Notes: generated from the sequence alone by a model not told the origin. A stretch of DNA of 64,000 nt from Vulcanimicrobiota bacterium (GCA_963833095.1 CAWHWQ010000001.1:640001-704000), one strand, 5' to 3'; positions 29,973-40,758 are shown, numbered from the stretch's first letter. Made by a program: numbers and translations.

Positions 29973-31246
29973 TCGATACGGCTTTGCTCAACGGCCTGTG
30001 GCAGGGCGCGCTCATCGTGGCGATCGCAGCGCTTGCGACGTGGAAGATACCGCAAGGCCACGCCGCGACGCGCCACGCCGTTTGGTTCGCAGCGCTGGTT
30101 GCACTCGCGGTCGTTCCGATCGTAAGCCTATTGCATCCAGCGCCGGCGATCGCCGCGCTGCCAGCGCCAGCCGCGGCGCCATCGCTCGTTACCGCGAAGG
30201 CGGCATCGGCCGGCGGTTCCTGGCTACTCTATTTCTGGCTTGCGGGCCTTACCATCGCCCTCGCGCGCCTCGGGATCAGTTATGCGCGAATCACTCGTAT
30301 CGTGCGCAGCGCCGTTCCGGCGCCCGAGCTCGGTTCAAACGTTGTCGTGTCGCGTGGCGTTGATTTCCCGATTGCCGCGGGCCTCGTCTCGCCGCTGATC
30401 GTCATCCCCGCGTACCTCGCAGCGACGCTCGATCGCGCTGACCTCGACGACATCGTGCGCCATGAGAGCGCGCATATCGAGCGCCGCGACATTTGCGTAA
30501 ACCTCATCCAGCGCGTGATCGAGGCGTTGCTCTTCTTCAATCCCTGGGCATACGTCATCGGCCGCCGATTGATCGCCGAGCGTGAAGCCGCGTGCGACGA
30601 TCGCGCCGTCCACGCAACCGGCGAGCCCGATCGCTATGCCTCGTGTCTCGCCCGGTTGGCGCAGAACCCACGCGCTTCACGCTCGCCACTCCTTACGCCA
30701 AGCGCGATCGGTTCGCGGCGCATGCTCGTCGGGCGCATCGCCCGGCTTCTCAACGGAAAGGCAACCGACTTGAAAACCAATTACGTCGCACTTGGCGCAA
30801 GTAGCGTCGCGTTCGCAATCCTTGCGGTTCTCCTGCAGACGCTGACCGGACTCGCAGCCGACGCCTCACTGCCCCTCGGAACCGATGTTGCGGTCGCGGC
30901 AAGTCCATGTGTATACCCCACCAACCTTACGGCAAACACGCCCGAGGAAAAGTCGAAGTTACGCAAAGAGCTCTTTGCGACCGGCGCTGAAGTCAAGGTC
31001 CTCAACGCGGCGACGCCCGATATTCCCAAATCAGCGTTCCGCCCGAATACCGCTGCGAATGCACTTGTCACCGTCAGCCCCGACGGCCACCCGGTCAGCG
31101 CGAAGATCGTTAAGTCAAGCGGAAGTCCCGGAATGGATCACGCGGTCGTCAATGCTGCGATGGCTTCGACCTACTCGCCGGCCATGAATAATTGCAAACT
31201 CGTTACCGGTCAGTATCTCTTCCAGGCGCAGACTGGACCGATGTAG
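29969..31246 (+). CDS. M56 (BlaR1/MecR1-type) peptidase fused to a C-terminal TonB-like domain
   Basis: RHESAH, FFNP, REAACDD; C-terminal VTVSPDG...KSSGSPGMDHAVVNAA. Confidence 0.85.
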   Translation: MIDTALLNGLWQGALIVAIAALATWKIPQGHAATRHAVWFAALVALAVVPIVSLLHPAPAIAALPAPAAAPSLVTAKAASAGGSWLLYFWLAGLTIALARLGISYARITRIVRSAVPAPELGSNVVVSRGVDFPIAAGLVSPLIVIPAYLAATLDRADLDDIVRHESAHIERRDICVNLIQRVIEALLFFNPWAYVIGRRLIAEREAACDDRAVHATGEPDRYASCLARLAQNPRASRSPLLTPSAIGSRRMLVGRIARLLNGKATDLKTNYVALGASSVAFAILAVLLQTLTGLAADASLPLGTDVAVAASPCVYPTNLTANTPEEKSKLRKELFATGAEVKVLNAATPDIPKSAFRPNTAANALVTVSPDGHPVSAKIVKSSGSPGMDHAVVNAAMASTYSPAMNNCKLVTGQYLFQAQTGPM

Positions 31247-31296
31247 GCACGCGCCGGCGGAGTCGCCTACCCGCGAGATTGACGGTGGCAGCTCAG

Positions 31297-32493
31297 CTAA
31301 ACGTCAAACGTCTTCCAATCGTACGGTGTAAAGCCAACGAACGCGTCATCCCAACCGATCCGATACGCCTCACCGATCCCCTTTTCATCGTCGAATGCCC
31401 CAGCGCCAAGCGGCAGTGTTTTCTTCGGGCGCATGAAAAACAGATCCGTCGCCACGGATGAGGCCATAAAGGACGCTAGCTCGCGCTGATGCGCAGCATT
31501 GGACATGGTACTGCCCTTAGGGATCTGTGCGAGTGCGCCTTTTGCGACGGACTGAAAATAGACGTTGCGCATGTCGGTTGCGAGGATCTTCCGTTGCATC
31601 GTTCCGAACACGCCGAACCCGATTGTCACAGCATCCACATAATCGGCCACCGGTTCAAAAGGCGGATCCATCAGAATGACATCGGCCGCCGACGCCACCG
31701 CGTGCGCGAACGAAACCGGAGAGTTGCTCGCGACACCGCCGTCGCAATACTGATTGATCGCCCCATCGGGACCCGGCATCTGGACGGGATCCCAGGCGAC
31801 GGGAATCGCCGCCGATGCAAAGAGCTGACGGTGTAGCAGGTCGGCCGTGGCTGGACGTACGATGGTGTTGGGCCCTAGCGTTAACTGCAGCGCTGCAGTT
31901 ACTTCCGCAGGAACGTCGGCGGGTGCACCCCGCGGTCGCAAATAGAAGTACTCGGCACGCTGCATCGTCAGGTTTGTCGACACCCAGATCAGCGGCATCA
32001 GTAACGGCGCTTCGGGGTCGACATGTCGGGCGATCCAATCGAGAACGGGCTGCGAATCCAAAAGTGCGCCTTGGGTTTTCGTCAACGATGCTAATCGCAC
32101 CGCAGATGCGAAACGGTCGCCAACACCGCTGTTAGGATCGCGGATCGAAGCGAATTGCGGCTTGAGTTGGAGCAACTTCTCCGCACTGATACCATACCAG
32201 AGCTCGCGCAAGCGCGTGTACTGGCCGGTCGCAACGAACCACCCGTTAAGCGCTCCAATCGACGTGCCGCAGACAATTCCGTACGGCGAAAGCGGTGTTC
32301 CATCGCTGACTCCCGCCTTGGCGGCCAAACCGGCGATGATGCCCGCCTCGTACGCTCCGCGCGCTCCGCCCCCGCTCAGCACGAGCGCGCGCGCAAGCGG
32401 TTCGAGCGCGGGTGCGCCATACGCCGCTCCGGTCAGCGCAGGGATGACTCCCGCCGTCCCGAGCGCGGTCAAGAAATCGCGGCGATCGAGCAT
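31297..32493 (-). CDS. Patatin-like phospholipase with Tat signal
   Basis: DRRDFL, LSGGGARG, GTSIG, ASAAIP, DGG. Confidence 0.9.
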   Translation of the reverse strand: MLDRRDFLTALGTAGVIPALTGAAYGAPALEPLARALVLSGGGARGAYEAGIIAGLAAKAGVSDGTPLSPYGIVCGTSIGALNGWFVATGQYTRLRELWYGISAEKLLQLKPQFASIRDPNSGVGDRFASAVRLASLTKTQGALLDSQPVLDWIARHVDPEAPLLMPLIWVSTNLTMQRAEYFYLRPRGAPADVPAEVTAALQLTLGPNTIVRPATADLLHRQLFASAAIPVAWDPVQMPGPDGAINQYCDGGVASNSPVSFAHAVASAADVILMDPPFEPVADYVDAVTIGFGVFGTMQRKILATDMRNVYFQSVAKGALAQIPKGSTMSNAAHQRELASFMASSVATDLFFMRPKKTLPLGAGAFDDEKGIGEAYRIGWDDAFVGFTPYDWKTFDV

Positions 32494-32581
32494 TACCTTC
32501 CATGGTACCGCGGAGGTTCGGTAAGCTCAATCCAAATTGCGCAAGAAGGTCGCGGGGTTGGTGTTGCGCTACTGGGACACG

Positions 32582-33043
32582 ATGAACGGCTGGGGCGCAT
32601 GGGATACGAATTGGATCTGGAGCCTCGCGCTTATCGCAATCACGATAACGATCCATGCCGTCGGAGTGGTCATACTAGCGACAGCCATGCAACGCATCAC
32701 GGACAAAGGGCCGATCCCGAGGCATACGTTTTTGGAGAGCGGTTTGGGCACGGTCATCATTATCGTCGGCGTAGCGCTGTCGCTGATGATTTTTCATGCG
32801 CTCGAATGCTTTGTATGGGCGATCGCGTATCTGCACGTTGGCGCGATCGGCTCACCCGCAGGCGCGGTGCTGTATTCGGTCGATTCAATGACCACGCGCG
32901 GTTCCTCCAACGACCTGCTTTTGGACAGACAGTGGCGAGTGATGGGTGCGACCGAGGCCGGCGACGGCATGCTGCTCTTCGGCGTCAGTACGGCGTTCTT
33001 GTTCTACGTGATGGTGCGAGTTTGGAAGCGTGAATTCGTTTGA
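32582..33043 (+). CDS. Small ion-channel-like membrane protein
   Basis: HALECFVWA, YSVDSMTTRG pore-loop-like motif. Confidence 0.6.
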   Translation: MNGWGAWDTNWIWSLALIAITITIHAVGVVILATAMQRITDKGPIPRHTFLESGLGTVIIIVGVALSLMIFHALECFVWAIAYLHVGAIGSPAGAVLYSVDSMTTRGSSNDLLLDRQWRVMGATEAGDGMLLFGVSTAFLFYVMVRVWKREFV

Positions 33044-34065
33044 ATAGTCCGCGTGGTTGGCTCATCGGCGTTGCGATCGTCGGGAGCGCCTTGGTGATAT
33101 GGAACGTGCTCGCGGGCGCGCTCTCCGCCGTGCTCTTACTCTTTACCGCTATACTCTTCGCTGCCGGTATGCGACCGATTGTCGATCGAATGGGCCGACG
33201 AATGCCCTACGGTGCAGCCGTCGGGCTCGCGTTCGGCATCGTCATAATCCTGACGGTCGTGATCGGACTCGTGCTCGTCCAGCCGGTCGGCGCAGAGCTC
33301 GTCCGATTGGTTCAGGCGCTTCCTGACTACGTGAACTCGCTCCAACATCAGCTCGCGGCCGCGCAACGCTATTTCGAAAACGACCAAGCGGCCCGCCAAC
33401 TCGCCGCCGCGTTGTCCGGGAGTGCCGGTGGGGTAGCAAGCGCGATTGGTCTGCACGTGCTCAGTGGAACGGCCTTCATCGCCACCGCCATCGGGGATCT
33501 GGTCCTCATTCTCTTGCTCGCGATCGGCTGGATGCTCTCGTCGGGCGAGCTCGAGCAATTTGTCCTCAGTCTTATGCCGGCCGGAATGCGGTCGAACTGG
33601 CACGACGCGTTCGCTGAAATCGAAGGGCGCTTGAGCGCATACGTGCAGGGGGTCGTGATCAACGCGTTGGCCGTCGGCGTCCCCATGGGGGCTTCGCTTG
33701 CCTTTCTCGGTGTTCCGTACGCCTTGCTCCTGGGATTCATTGCCGCTATCTTTCAGGGCATTCCCATGGTCGGCGCCGTGATTTCAGGACCGATCATTCT
33801 TGCCGTTGTGCTCGCAGCCAGCGGATGGACGAAAATGCTCATCGCGCTGGCGATCTTCGGCGTCATTCAGACTATCGATCAGAATGTGCTCTCACCGATC
33901 ATCTTCGGACAACGCGTTCAGTTGAGTTTCCTGTTGATCATCCTATCGACCATAATCGGTGGCACGCTACTCGGCATTGCAGGCGCCTTCCTTGCAGTTC
34001 CAGCGGCTGCCGTTCTTCAGGTGCTGGCCGTGCGGATTCTTGCACCGGCAGTCCGACCCAAATGA
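33040..34065 (+). CDS. AI-2E family transporter
   Basis: GVPYALLLG, IPMVG, QNVLSPII, GAFLAVP. Confidence 0.88.
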   Translation: MNSPRGWLIGVAIVGSALVIWNVLAGALSAVLLLFTAILFAAGMRPIVDRMGRRMPYGAAVGLAFGIVIILTVVIGLVLVQPVGAELVRLVQALPDYVNSLQHQLAAAQRYFENDQAARQLAAALSGSAGGVASAIGLHVLSGTAFIATAIGDLVLILLLAIGWMLSSGELEQFVLSLMPAGMRSNWHDAFAEIEGRLSAYVQGVVINALAVGVPMGASLAFLGVPYALLLGFIAAIFQGIPMVGAVISGPIILAVVLAASGWTKMLIALAIFGVIQTIDQNVLSPIIFGQRVQLSFLLIILSTIIGGTLLGIAGAFLAVPAAAVLQVLAVRILAPAVRPK

Positions 34066-35216
34066 TTCAGCGACCTTCATCGCTCGGTCTCTACGCGCTG
34101 ACGCTCGGGGCTTTTGCGATCGGCACCACTGAATTCGTTCCTGTCGGGCTGTTGCCGGAAATCGCGCAGGATCTCCACGTCTCAATTCCCGCTGCCGGAT
34201 TTCTGGTCACCGGGTATGCCCTTGGCGTCGCGATCGGCGGCCCGGCATTCACCCTCGCGCTCAGCCGTGTGAACCGCAAAACCGTGCTGATGTTGATGCT
34301 GCTGTTCTTCATTGCCGGTAACGGGATCGCAGCGATCGCAAATAGCTACGGTGTGCTCTTGCTCGCTCGTATCATTGCCGCGTTCAATCACGGAACGTTT
34401 TTCGGCGTCGGCGCAGTCGTGGCCGCGGCGTTAGTTCCCAAAGAGCGCAGCGCCTCGGCGATCGCGACCATGTTTTTGGGATTGACGGTTGCGATGGTCA
34501 TGGGCGTTCCGTTTGGAGCGTTCGTAGGTCAACGTCTTGGGTGGCATGCGCCTTTTGCGTTCATCGCGCTAATCGGCGTTCTCGCGCTGGTAGGCGTGTG
34601 GCTGCTCGTCCCAAGCATTCCATCGCAGCGACCGCGCCTCGTAGCAGAACTGCGCACGCTAGCGAGCAGGCCGGTCGTGCTCTCGCTGCTCACGACGCTG
34701 CTCGGCTTCGGCGGCGTGTTCGTGCTGTTCACCTACATCGCGCCGCTTCTCCGGCAAGTCGCCGGATTCTCGCCCCCCGCCGTTGCGGCAATTTTGGTGT
34801 TGTTCGGTGTCGGTACGCTTGTGGGTAATATCTCGGCAGGTAAGGCCGCGGATCGCTCGCTACCGAGAACCTTGCTGGTGACAATCGGTGGTTTGGCGGC
34901 TGTCCTTGCAATTTCGAGTTTCATGTGGCCCCACCGGCTGCTCGCGATTATCGCCACGTTCGCCATAGGTTTCTTTGGTTTCGCTACCGCGACACCGCTC
35001 CAGTTACTCGTCATTCGCACCGCCAGCAATGCGCCGAACCTTGCTTCATCGGCGAATATTAGCGCTTTCAACATCGGCAACGCTTTCGGCGCTGCCCTCG
35101 GCGCGATCGTCATCGCCGCCGGTCTTCCGCTGCAATGGCTCGGGCTGTGCGCGGCGGGTGTCAGCTTGGCCGGCGCCCTCGTCGCGGTTCCCGCACTCAG
35201 GCTCAGCGTTCGATAA
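34062..35216 (+). CDS. MFS transporter (DHA1, YtbD/PbuE-like)
   Basis: FAIGTTEFVPVGLLP, HGTFFG, SAFNIGNA. Confidence 0.9.
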   Translation: MIQRPSSLGLYALTLGAFAIGTTEFVPVGLLPEIAQDLHVSIPAAGFLVTGYALGVAIGGPAFTLALSRVNRKTVLMLMLLFFIAGNGIAAIANSYGVLLLARIIAAFNHGTFFGVGAVVAAALVPKERSASAIATMFLGLTVAMVMGVPFGAFVGQRLGWHAPFAFIALIGVLALVGVWLLVPSIPSQRPRLVAELRTLASRPVVLSLLTTLLGFGGVFVLFTYIAPLLRQVAGFSPPAVAAILVLFGVGTLVGNISAGKAADRSLPRTLLVTIGGLAAVLAISSFMWPHRLLAIIATFAIGFFGFATATPLQLLVIRTASNAPNLASSANISAFNIGNAFGAALGAIVIAAGLPLQWLGLCAAGVSLAGALVAVPALRLSVR

Positions 35217-36121
35217 CCGATTGCGTGAGCGCCGTGGCATCGGCGATGAGATCGATCGCGGTGATCCGATCTTCGACTATTGTGAAGCGGAACGCAACGC
35301 GCACCTCTCCTTCATGCATCCACACCGCGCCGGGTTCCCCGTCGATGAATACCGGCTGCGCAGCGCGCGCGCGCTGCGAGAACGCGCGCGCCACGGCGTC
35401 CGCACCTTCGATGCCGGCGTCCAGACGATCGTTCTGCCAGTAGGCCGCACCGCCCATCGCAACGACCGCCGCGTCCGCGCGGAGGGTGGCCTCTGGATCG
35501 AGAAGCGCGAGCAGTGCGGGGAAATTGCCCGACCGCGAGCGCCGCAAGAAACGCGCGCACGAGTTCGTCGCGCCGCTGCGTCACGGTATTGTGAGCGGCA
35601 GATGCTCCGCGCACGCGCCGGCGCGCGCGGCTTGCAAGCTGACGCGCTGCCTCAGGTGACCTTCCGACGATCGCGGCAACGTCATCGAAGGGCACGTCGA
35701 ACATATCGTGCAGCACAAAGGCAACGCGTTCCGCGGGCGGCAGCGCATCGAGAAGGATCAGCAGGGCCGCACCGATCGAATCGGCGAGCATCGCTTCTTC
35801 CTCTGGATGTTCGCCGGCAGCGACTGATGCAACGTCGCGACGCGGATCGTCCGGCGTCAAGTTCTCGCGCCGGCTTTCGCGTCGCTTGAGCGCGTCGAGG
35901 CAGATGCGCGCGACAACGGTCGTGAGCCACCCTTCGAGGTTCGCAACACCCGCAAGGTCGGCCCGCGTAATGCGCAACCAGGTCTCCTGCAGCGCGTCGT
36001 CGGATTCTGCAGCCGATCCTAGGATTCGCTGCGCAATACGCTGCAAGCGAGGGCGCGCCGCCTCAAAACGCTCCGCGAGGCGCTCTGCATGCTCGCCCGA
36101 GGCGGACCCGTCACGTTTCAC
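35203..36121 (-). CDS. ECF sigma factor with SnoaL-like C-terminus (SigJ/ECF41), frameshifted near 35540
   Basis: DDALQETWL, GWLTTVVARICLD, ERVAFVLHDMF, RQLASRARR; SnoaL part (LLALLDPEATLRAD) lies in another frame. Confidence 0.85.
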
Positions 36122-36162
36122 CGCGTTCGATCCGTCATAGCATTTGGAAGGAGTATCAAATC

Positions 36163-36498
36163 TTGAAAGACGTCTCCCTCGTCACCTATCCGGCAACAGA
36201 TGTGGCCAAAGCTAAGCAATTCTTTCGTGAGCTTACCGGCACTGACCCGTACGCCGATAGCCCATACTACGTCGGTTATAAGTGCGGCAACGTGGAAATC
36301 GGTCTCGTTCCGAGCCAGGGTCCGGGCGCGATTGCGTTTTGGACGGTAAGCGACATCGCAGCGAGCGTAAAAGCGCTCGTTGATGCGGGCGGCACGGTCG
36401 TGCAAGATCCCACCGACGTCGCGAACGGACTGCTGGTCGCGACGATCAAAGATCCCACCGGTACGACCGTGGGATTACGGCAGTTCCCAAAGGGCTAG
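36163..36498 (+). CDS. VOC/glyoxalase family protein
   Basis: AKQFF, VSDIAASVKALVDAGG, DPTGTTVGL. Confidence 0.82.
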   Translation: MKDVSLVTYPATDVAKAKQFFRELTGTDPYADSPYYVGYKCGNVEIGLVPSQGPGAIAFWTVSDIAASVKALVDAGGTVVQDPTDVANGLLVATIKDPTGTTVGLRQFPKG

Positions 36499-36503
36499 AT
36501 CGT

Positions 36504-36905
36504 ATGGCAAAGGTGAGCAAGACAAAACGTACGGAGTCTCCCGGTGCGCTCATTGACGCGCGGATCAAGGAGCTGGCCGATTGGCGCGGCGACACGCTCG
36601 CAAAGTTGCGCGAATACATCAAGCAAGTGGACCCGGACGTCGTCGAGGAATGGAAGTGGAGAGGCGTGCCCGTTTGGTATCACGATGGAAAAATGATCTG
36701 CACGGGCGAGACCTACAAAAGCGTCGTCAAGCTGACCTTTGCCGACGGTGCCCAACTCAAAGACCCCAAGCGGCTGTTCAACTCCAGTCTGGACGGCAAT
36801 GTTCGGCGTGCCATCGATGTGCACGAAGGGGAACAGATCGATGAGGCCGCGTTCAAAGCGCTAGTCCGTAACGCCATCGCCTTGAACGAGTCCAAAGCGC
36901 GTTAG
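36504..36905 (+). CDS. DUF1801 (YdhG-like) protein
   Basis: DWRG, EEWKWRGVPVW, LFNSSLDGNVRRAID. Confidence 0.85.
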   Translation: MAKVSKTKRTESPGALIDARIKELADWRGDTLAKLREYIKQVDPDVVEEWKWRGVPVWYHDGKMICTGETYKSVVKLTFADGAQLKDPKRLFNSSLDGNVRRAIDVHEGEQIDEAAFKALVRNAIALNESKAR

Positions 36906-36910
36906 TTATC

Positions 36911-39900
36911 TCAGGCAAAGAGCCGGTCGATGTCGGTGAGATCGAGATCGACCGTTGGACTGGCAGCCTCGTCGAACAACGTGGCGGCCAGGGCAGCTTT
37001 GCGGTCTTGGAGCTCGAGGATACGCTCTTCGACAGTGTCCTCAGCTATGAGCTTATAAACGAAGACGTGTTGATCTTGCCCGATGCGGTGGGCGCGATCG
37101 GTGGCCTGGCGTTCGACGGCGGGGTTCCACCACGGATCGTAGTGGATAACGGTATCCGCGGCCGTGAGATTGAGGCCCGTGCCCCCGGCTTTGAGGCTGA
37201 TGAGGAAGAGCGGGACCTCACGATTTTGGAAGCGCTCGACCGGCGTTTTGCGATCACGTGTGTCGCCCCGCAGCTCGACGAAGGGCATATTGCGCTTTCC
37301 AAGCTCCGGCACGATCAAGTCGAGCATCGAGGTGAATTGAGAGAAGAGCAAGATGCGGCGCCCATCGTCGACCAGGCTCTCAAGCATTTCGATCAGCGCG
37401 TCGAGTTTTTGTGATTCGTCGATTCCCGCCGCCGCGTCGAGTTTGAGAAGACGAGGATCGCAACAGACCTGGCGCAGCTTGAGCAATGCGTCGAGCACGA
37501 CGATACGGCTGCGCGCGAGCCCGCGACGTTCGACCTCGTCGCGCACGCGCTTGTGCATGGTGAGCCGAATCGTTTCGTACAGATCGCGCTGGCGACCACT
37601 CAGCGGCACGCGTTGCACGATCTCGGTCTTCTCGGGTAGTTCCTGAGCCACGCCGTCCTTCGTGCGCCGAAGCAGGAACGGCTTGATGCGCGCGGCGAGC
37701 GCCGCGCGGCGATCTGCGTCGCCATGCTTTTCAATCGGCGTGCGAAAGAGTCGTGTGAAGCGTGAGCGTTCGGGCAGCAGACCGGGAGCTGCGTACGCAA
37801 AGATCGACCACAGTTCTTCGAGATGGTTTTCGATTGGTGTACCGGTAAGCGCGAGGCGCTGCGCGGCACGCAATCGCGATGCGGCGAGCGCAGCTTTCGA
37901 GCGCGGGTTTTTGATCGCTTGCGCCTCATCCAGGACGGCGATCGACCATTCGAACGCGGTAAGCGCTTCGATGTCACGCAGCAGCAGCGCGTACGTCGTG
38001 AGCACGAACGTCGCATCGCCGACCTGGGCGAAGCGATCGGCACGATCGGCGCCGGTGAGCGCGAGCACGCGCGCGTCGGGCAGAAAGCGCGCGATTTCGT
38101 CGCGCCAGTTCGGCGCGACGCTGGTGGGTGAAACGACGAGCACCGGATGATTCAAGCGGCCGGCCGCGCGTTCCACCGCGACGTGCGCGAGCACTTCAAC
38201 CGTTTTGCCCAGGCCCATATCGTCAGCGAGAATGCCGCCCGCGCGATGTTCGCGCAACGTCTGCAGCCACGCGACGCCATCGCGTTGGTAGGGTCGCAAT
38301 TCGCCCGCGAATCCCGCCGGAATATCGACGCGCCGATCCGCGTAGGCCGCGAGATCGTCGAGCATCGCGCGAATCGACGGTGCGTTGGTCCAGTGCGTGG
38401 CGATCCCACCTGCCGCCGCGAGAGACGCCGCTTGCAACATCGGCACGCGCACGCGCGCTTTCTGCTCGCTGCGACCGCGGTCGCCAAAGAGGCCGCCCAG
38501 CGTCGCCAACACGCGAGCAACGCGATCGACCGGTAACGCGAGGTAGCCGCCGCCAGGTATCCGTCCGACGAACGGCGTCTGTCGCCGCGCGAGCGTCGCG
38601 GGGTCCGCATCCAGATCGAGGCCGCTGCGTCCCAGCGCGTCGATCAGCACCGGCAAGAGCGAGACGCGCGTACCGTCGACGTCGATGCCAAGTTCGAGTT
38701 CGAACCATTGAGCGGCGCCGCTGTCGTAGACTTCCGCGCTCCATTCGTCGCCTGCCTCGACGATACGAAACGGAAACGACGGCATCGTTTCGATTCGCCA
38801 ACCTTCGTAACGAAGTTGCGGCGCATCCCGCTCCAGAAATTGTAGCCATGCGTCTTCCCCATATGGAGGAAAATCAAGCTGTCCGAGCCGTTCCTGCGCT
38901 CGGCGCTCGAACGCGCGATCGCGGGGCCATACCGTTGTGCTCTCTCCGCTGGCATCGCGAATCGTGTCGCGCGGATCGCTCGCCGGCACAAGCGCATCGC
39001 CGTACGCGAACAAAACACCGCCGCCCGCGCGTCCACCTTCGAGCATCGAAAGACGCAAGACGGGCTGTGGCTCGCGCTCGTCGATGTGCACGGCGAGATC
39101 GTGCGCCGGACCGACGATTCCTGTGCCACGTAAGACGCGATGCAGCGCGATCTGCGCGCGCTGCGCTTGCGCGGGCGACAACGCCGGCGCGCGCGCGATC
39201 GTTGCGGCAAGTTCGGGCGCGACCTCGAGCGCGATAGGACCAGCACGGAACGTGTCGGGGTCGACATACCACAGCGGTGCTGTCGGTAAGAGTTCAGCGC
39301 GCGCGTGCCCGACGAGATGCACACGCACGAGCCCGTCGTCATCGGTCCGCCACGCTAGTGTCGCACTCCCGATCGGCGCATGGGCGAGCGGCGGTGACGA
39401 TGGATCGCGCCAACGCAGCAGCCCGTGCGTCGCGAGTAACTCGACAAGCATCGCGAGAATTGCCGGCGAGAGATCCTGCCCGCGTCCAAGCAGTCCGCTC
39501 GCATTCGCAAGGCGTCCAGCGACGACGTCGATGCCGCTGATGAACCGCGCACGCGAATTTGTCGAATTGTAAAACGAGAACTCCCGCGGTTTCGACGCGC
39601 TTCCCACCGGCGGCATGACGTAGGGCACGAGTCGCACCGTGCGCAACCCATGCGCTTCAGGAACGTCGATGACATAGAGCAGCCGTTCGATACTCTCGGG
39701 CGCAGGCGCATAGCCAAACGTCTCGATCATACGCCGCGTCCAGGCATCGACCGCACCGTCCGACGGTCCGATCGCGCCACCGCTACGGTCCGAGAGCATC
39801 AGCGCGAGCGCTGCACCGTGTTTGCACGCGCTGCCGTCGGGACACGAACAATCACTTTCAGTGATCCGCATGCCGTCGCGGGCGCGCGCGGTAATCCGCA

Positions 39901-40063
39901 CTGCATACGGCCGCGTGGAAGAGCCTTGCACGTTCGCGCTCGCGGCGTCACCTTGTTCGGAGAGACGCACGTTCGTAATGCGATTTCCAACAAGGTAGCC
40001 GCGCGCACGCGCGAGCGTCTGCGGATCGAAGGACCGCTCGAGGTCAGCAACATCAAAAAACAT
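36911..40063 (-). CDS. SWIM zinc finger SNF2-family helicase
   Basis: CSCP...CKH, LADDMGLGKT, LDEAQ, TGTPIEN, SLKAGGTGLNL, QATDRAHRIGQ. Confidence 0.93.
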   Translation of the reverse strand: MFFDVADLERSFDPQTLARARGYLVGNRITNVRLSEQGDAASANVQGSSTRPYAVRITARARDGMRITESDCSCPDGSACKHGAALALMLSDRSGGAIGPSDGAVDAWTRRMIETFGYAPAPESIERLLYVIDVPEAHGLRTVRLVPYVMPPVGSASKPREFSFYNSTNSRARFISGIDVVAGRLANASGLLGRGQDLSPAILAMLVELLATHGLLRWRDPSSPPLAHAPIGSATLAWRTDDDGLVRVHLVGHARAELLPTAPLWYVDPDTFRAGPIALEVAPELAATIARAPALSPAQAQRAQIALHRVLRGTGIVGPAHDLAVHIDEREPQPVLRLSMLEGGRAGGGVLFAYGDALVPASDPRDTIRDASGESTTVWPRDRAFERRAQERLGQLDFPPYGEDAWLQFLERDAPQLRYEGWRIETMPSFPFRIVEAGDEWSAEVYDSGAAQWFELELGIDVDGTRVSLLPVLIDALGRSGLDLDADPATLARRQTPFVGRIPGGGYLALPVDRVARVLATLGGLFGDRGRSEQKARVRVPMLQAASLAAAGGIATHWTNAPSIRAMLDDLAAYADRRVDIPAGFAGELRPYQRDGVAWLQTLREHRAGGILADDMGLGKTVEVLAHVAVERAAGRLNHPVLVVSPTSVAPNWRDEIARFLPDARVLALTGADRADRFAQVGDATFVLTTYALLLRDIEALTAFEWSIAVLDEAQAIKNPRSKAALAASRLRAAQRLALTGTPIENHLEELWSIFAYAAPGLLPERSRFTRLFRTPIEKHGDADRRAALAARIKPFLLRRTKDGVAQELPEKTEIVQRVPLSGRQRDLYETIRLTMHKRVRDEVERRGLARSRIVVLDALLKLRQVCCDPRLLKLDAAAGIDESQKLDALIEMLESLVDDGRRILLFSQFTSMLDLIVPELGKRNMPFVELRGDTRDRKTPVERFQNREVPLFLISLKAGGTGLNLTAADTVIHYDPWWNPAVERQATDRAHRIGQDQHVFVYKLIAEDTVEERILELQDRKAALAATLFDEAASPTVDLDLTDIDRLFA

Positions 40064-40118
40064 CGGAACCGATCCGACTTACCGGTACGAACGGCGAGAC
40101 CCTCTGAAATGAGGGAAG

Positions 40119-40682
40119 TTAGCGCGAGCGCGCCGCGGCAACGAGCGCGTGGGAGGCGGCCAGCAGTACGGGCACGGCTTCGTCGACGGAAACCACCTGC
40201 GAGCTGACAAAAGCGCCATTGACCAGCAGAAGCAACTGCGCGGCAAGATCGTCGGGACGGCGCACGCTCAACTGCTCCGCGATGCCTTTGAGACGGCGAC
40301 GCAGTTCTTGTTTGTGCGCAACAGCAACACGCCGCGCCGGGTGCTCTGCGTCGGAGAACTCCGCCGCCATGTTCAACTGCGGACAGCCGCGATAGTTTTT
40401 TCGGCCGAGCCGCTCGCCGATCCACTGCATGTGCGCGTCGAGTTCGGCCTGCGCATCGGAGCGATGTCGCTCGGCGACGCTATCCCATTTCTGCCAGAAT
40501 TGCTCGTCCTCGCGCTCGAGAAACGCGGCAATCAGCTCGTCCTTGGTCCGGAAGTGACGGTAGAGGCTGGTCTTGGCCACCCCCGCTCGCTCGACCACGA
40601 GATCGACCCCAACCGCGTGCGCTCCATCACGATAGAACAGCTCCGACGCCGTCCGCAAAATCCGCTCTTTCACTTCGTCCAT
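40119..40682 (-). CDS. TetR/AcrR family regulator
   Basis: AGVAKTSLYRHFRTKDEL; RGCP. Confidence 0.9.
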   Translation of the reverse strand: MDEVKERILRTASELFYRDGAHAVGVDLVVERAGVAKTSLYRHFRTKDELIAAFLEREDEQFWQKWDSVAERHRSDAQAELDAHMQWIGERLGRKNYRGCPQLNMAAEFSDAEHPARRVAVAHKQELRRRLKGIAEQLSVRRPDDLAAQLLLLVNGAFVSSQVVSVDEAVPVLLAASHALVAAARSR

Positions 40683-40684
40683 GC

Positions 40685-40746
40685 TTGACATGATACAGAC
40701 CTGTCTGTTCTAATGCAAGGGCAGAGGCTACATACAGGTCTGTAGC
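40685..40746. promoter_or_regulatory. Divergent promoter region with two TetR-type palindromic operators
   Basis: TTGACA 40685-40690; ACAGAC-CT-GTCTGT 40695-40708; GCTACATAC-AG-GTCTGTAGC 40727-40746. Confidence 0.65.
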
Positions 40747-40758
40747 AAGGGAGTTGAT

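Noticed and set aside
36911..40063. SNF2 helicase or patatin (31297-32493) as anti-phage defence components
   Set aside because: The SWIM-SNF2 is a common stand-alone type and the patatin is Tat-exported; no cyclase, methylase or nuclease partners are adjacent.
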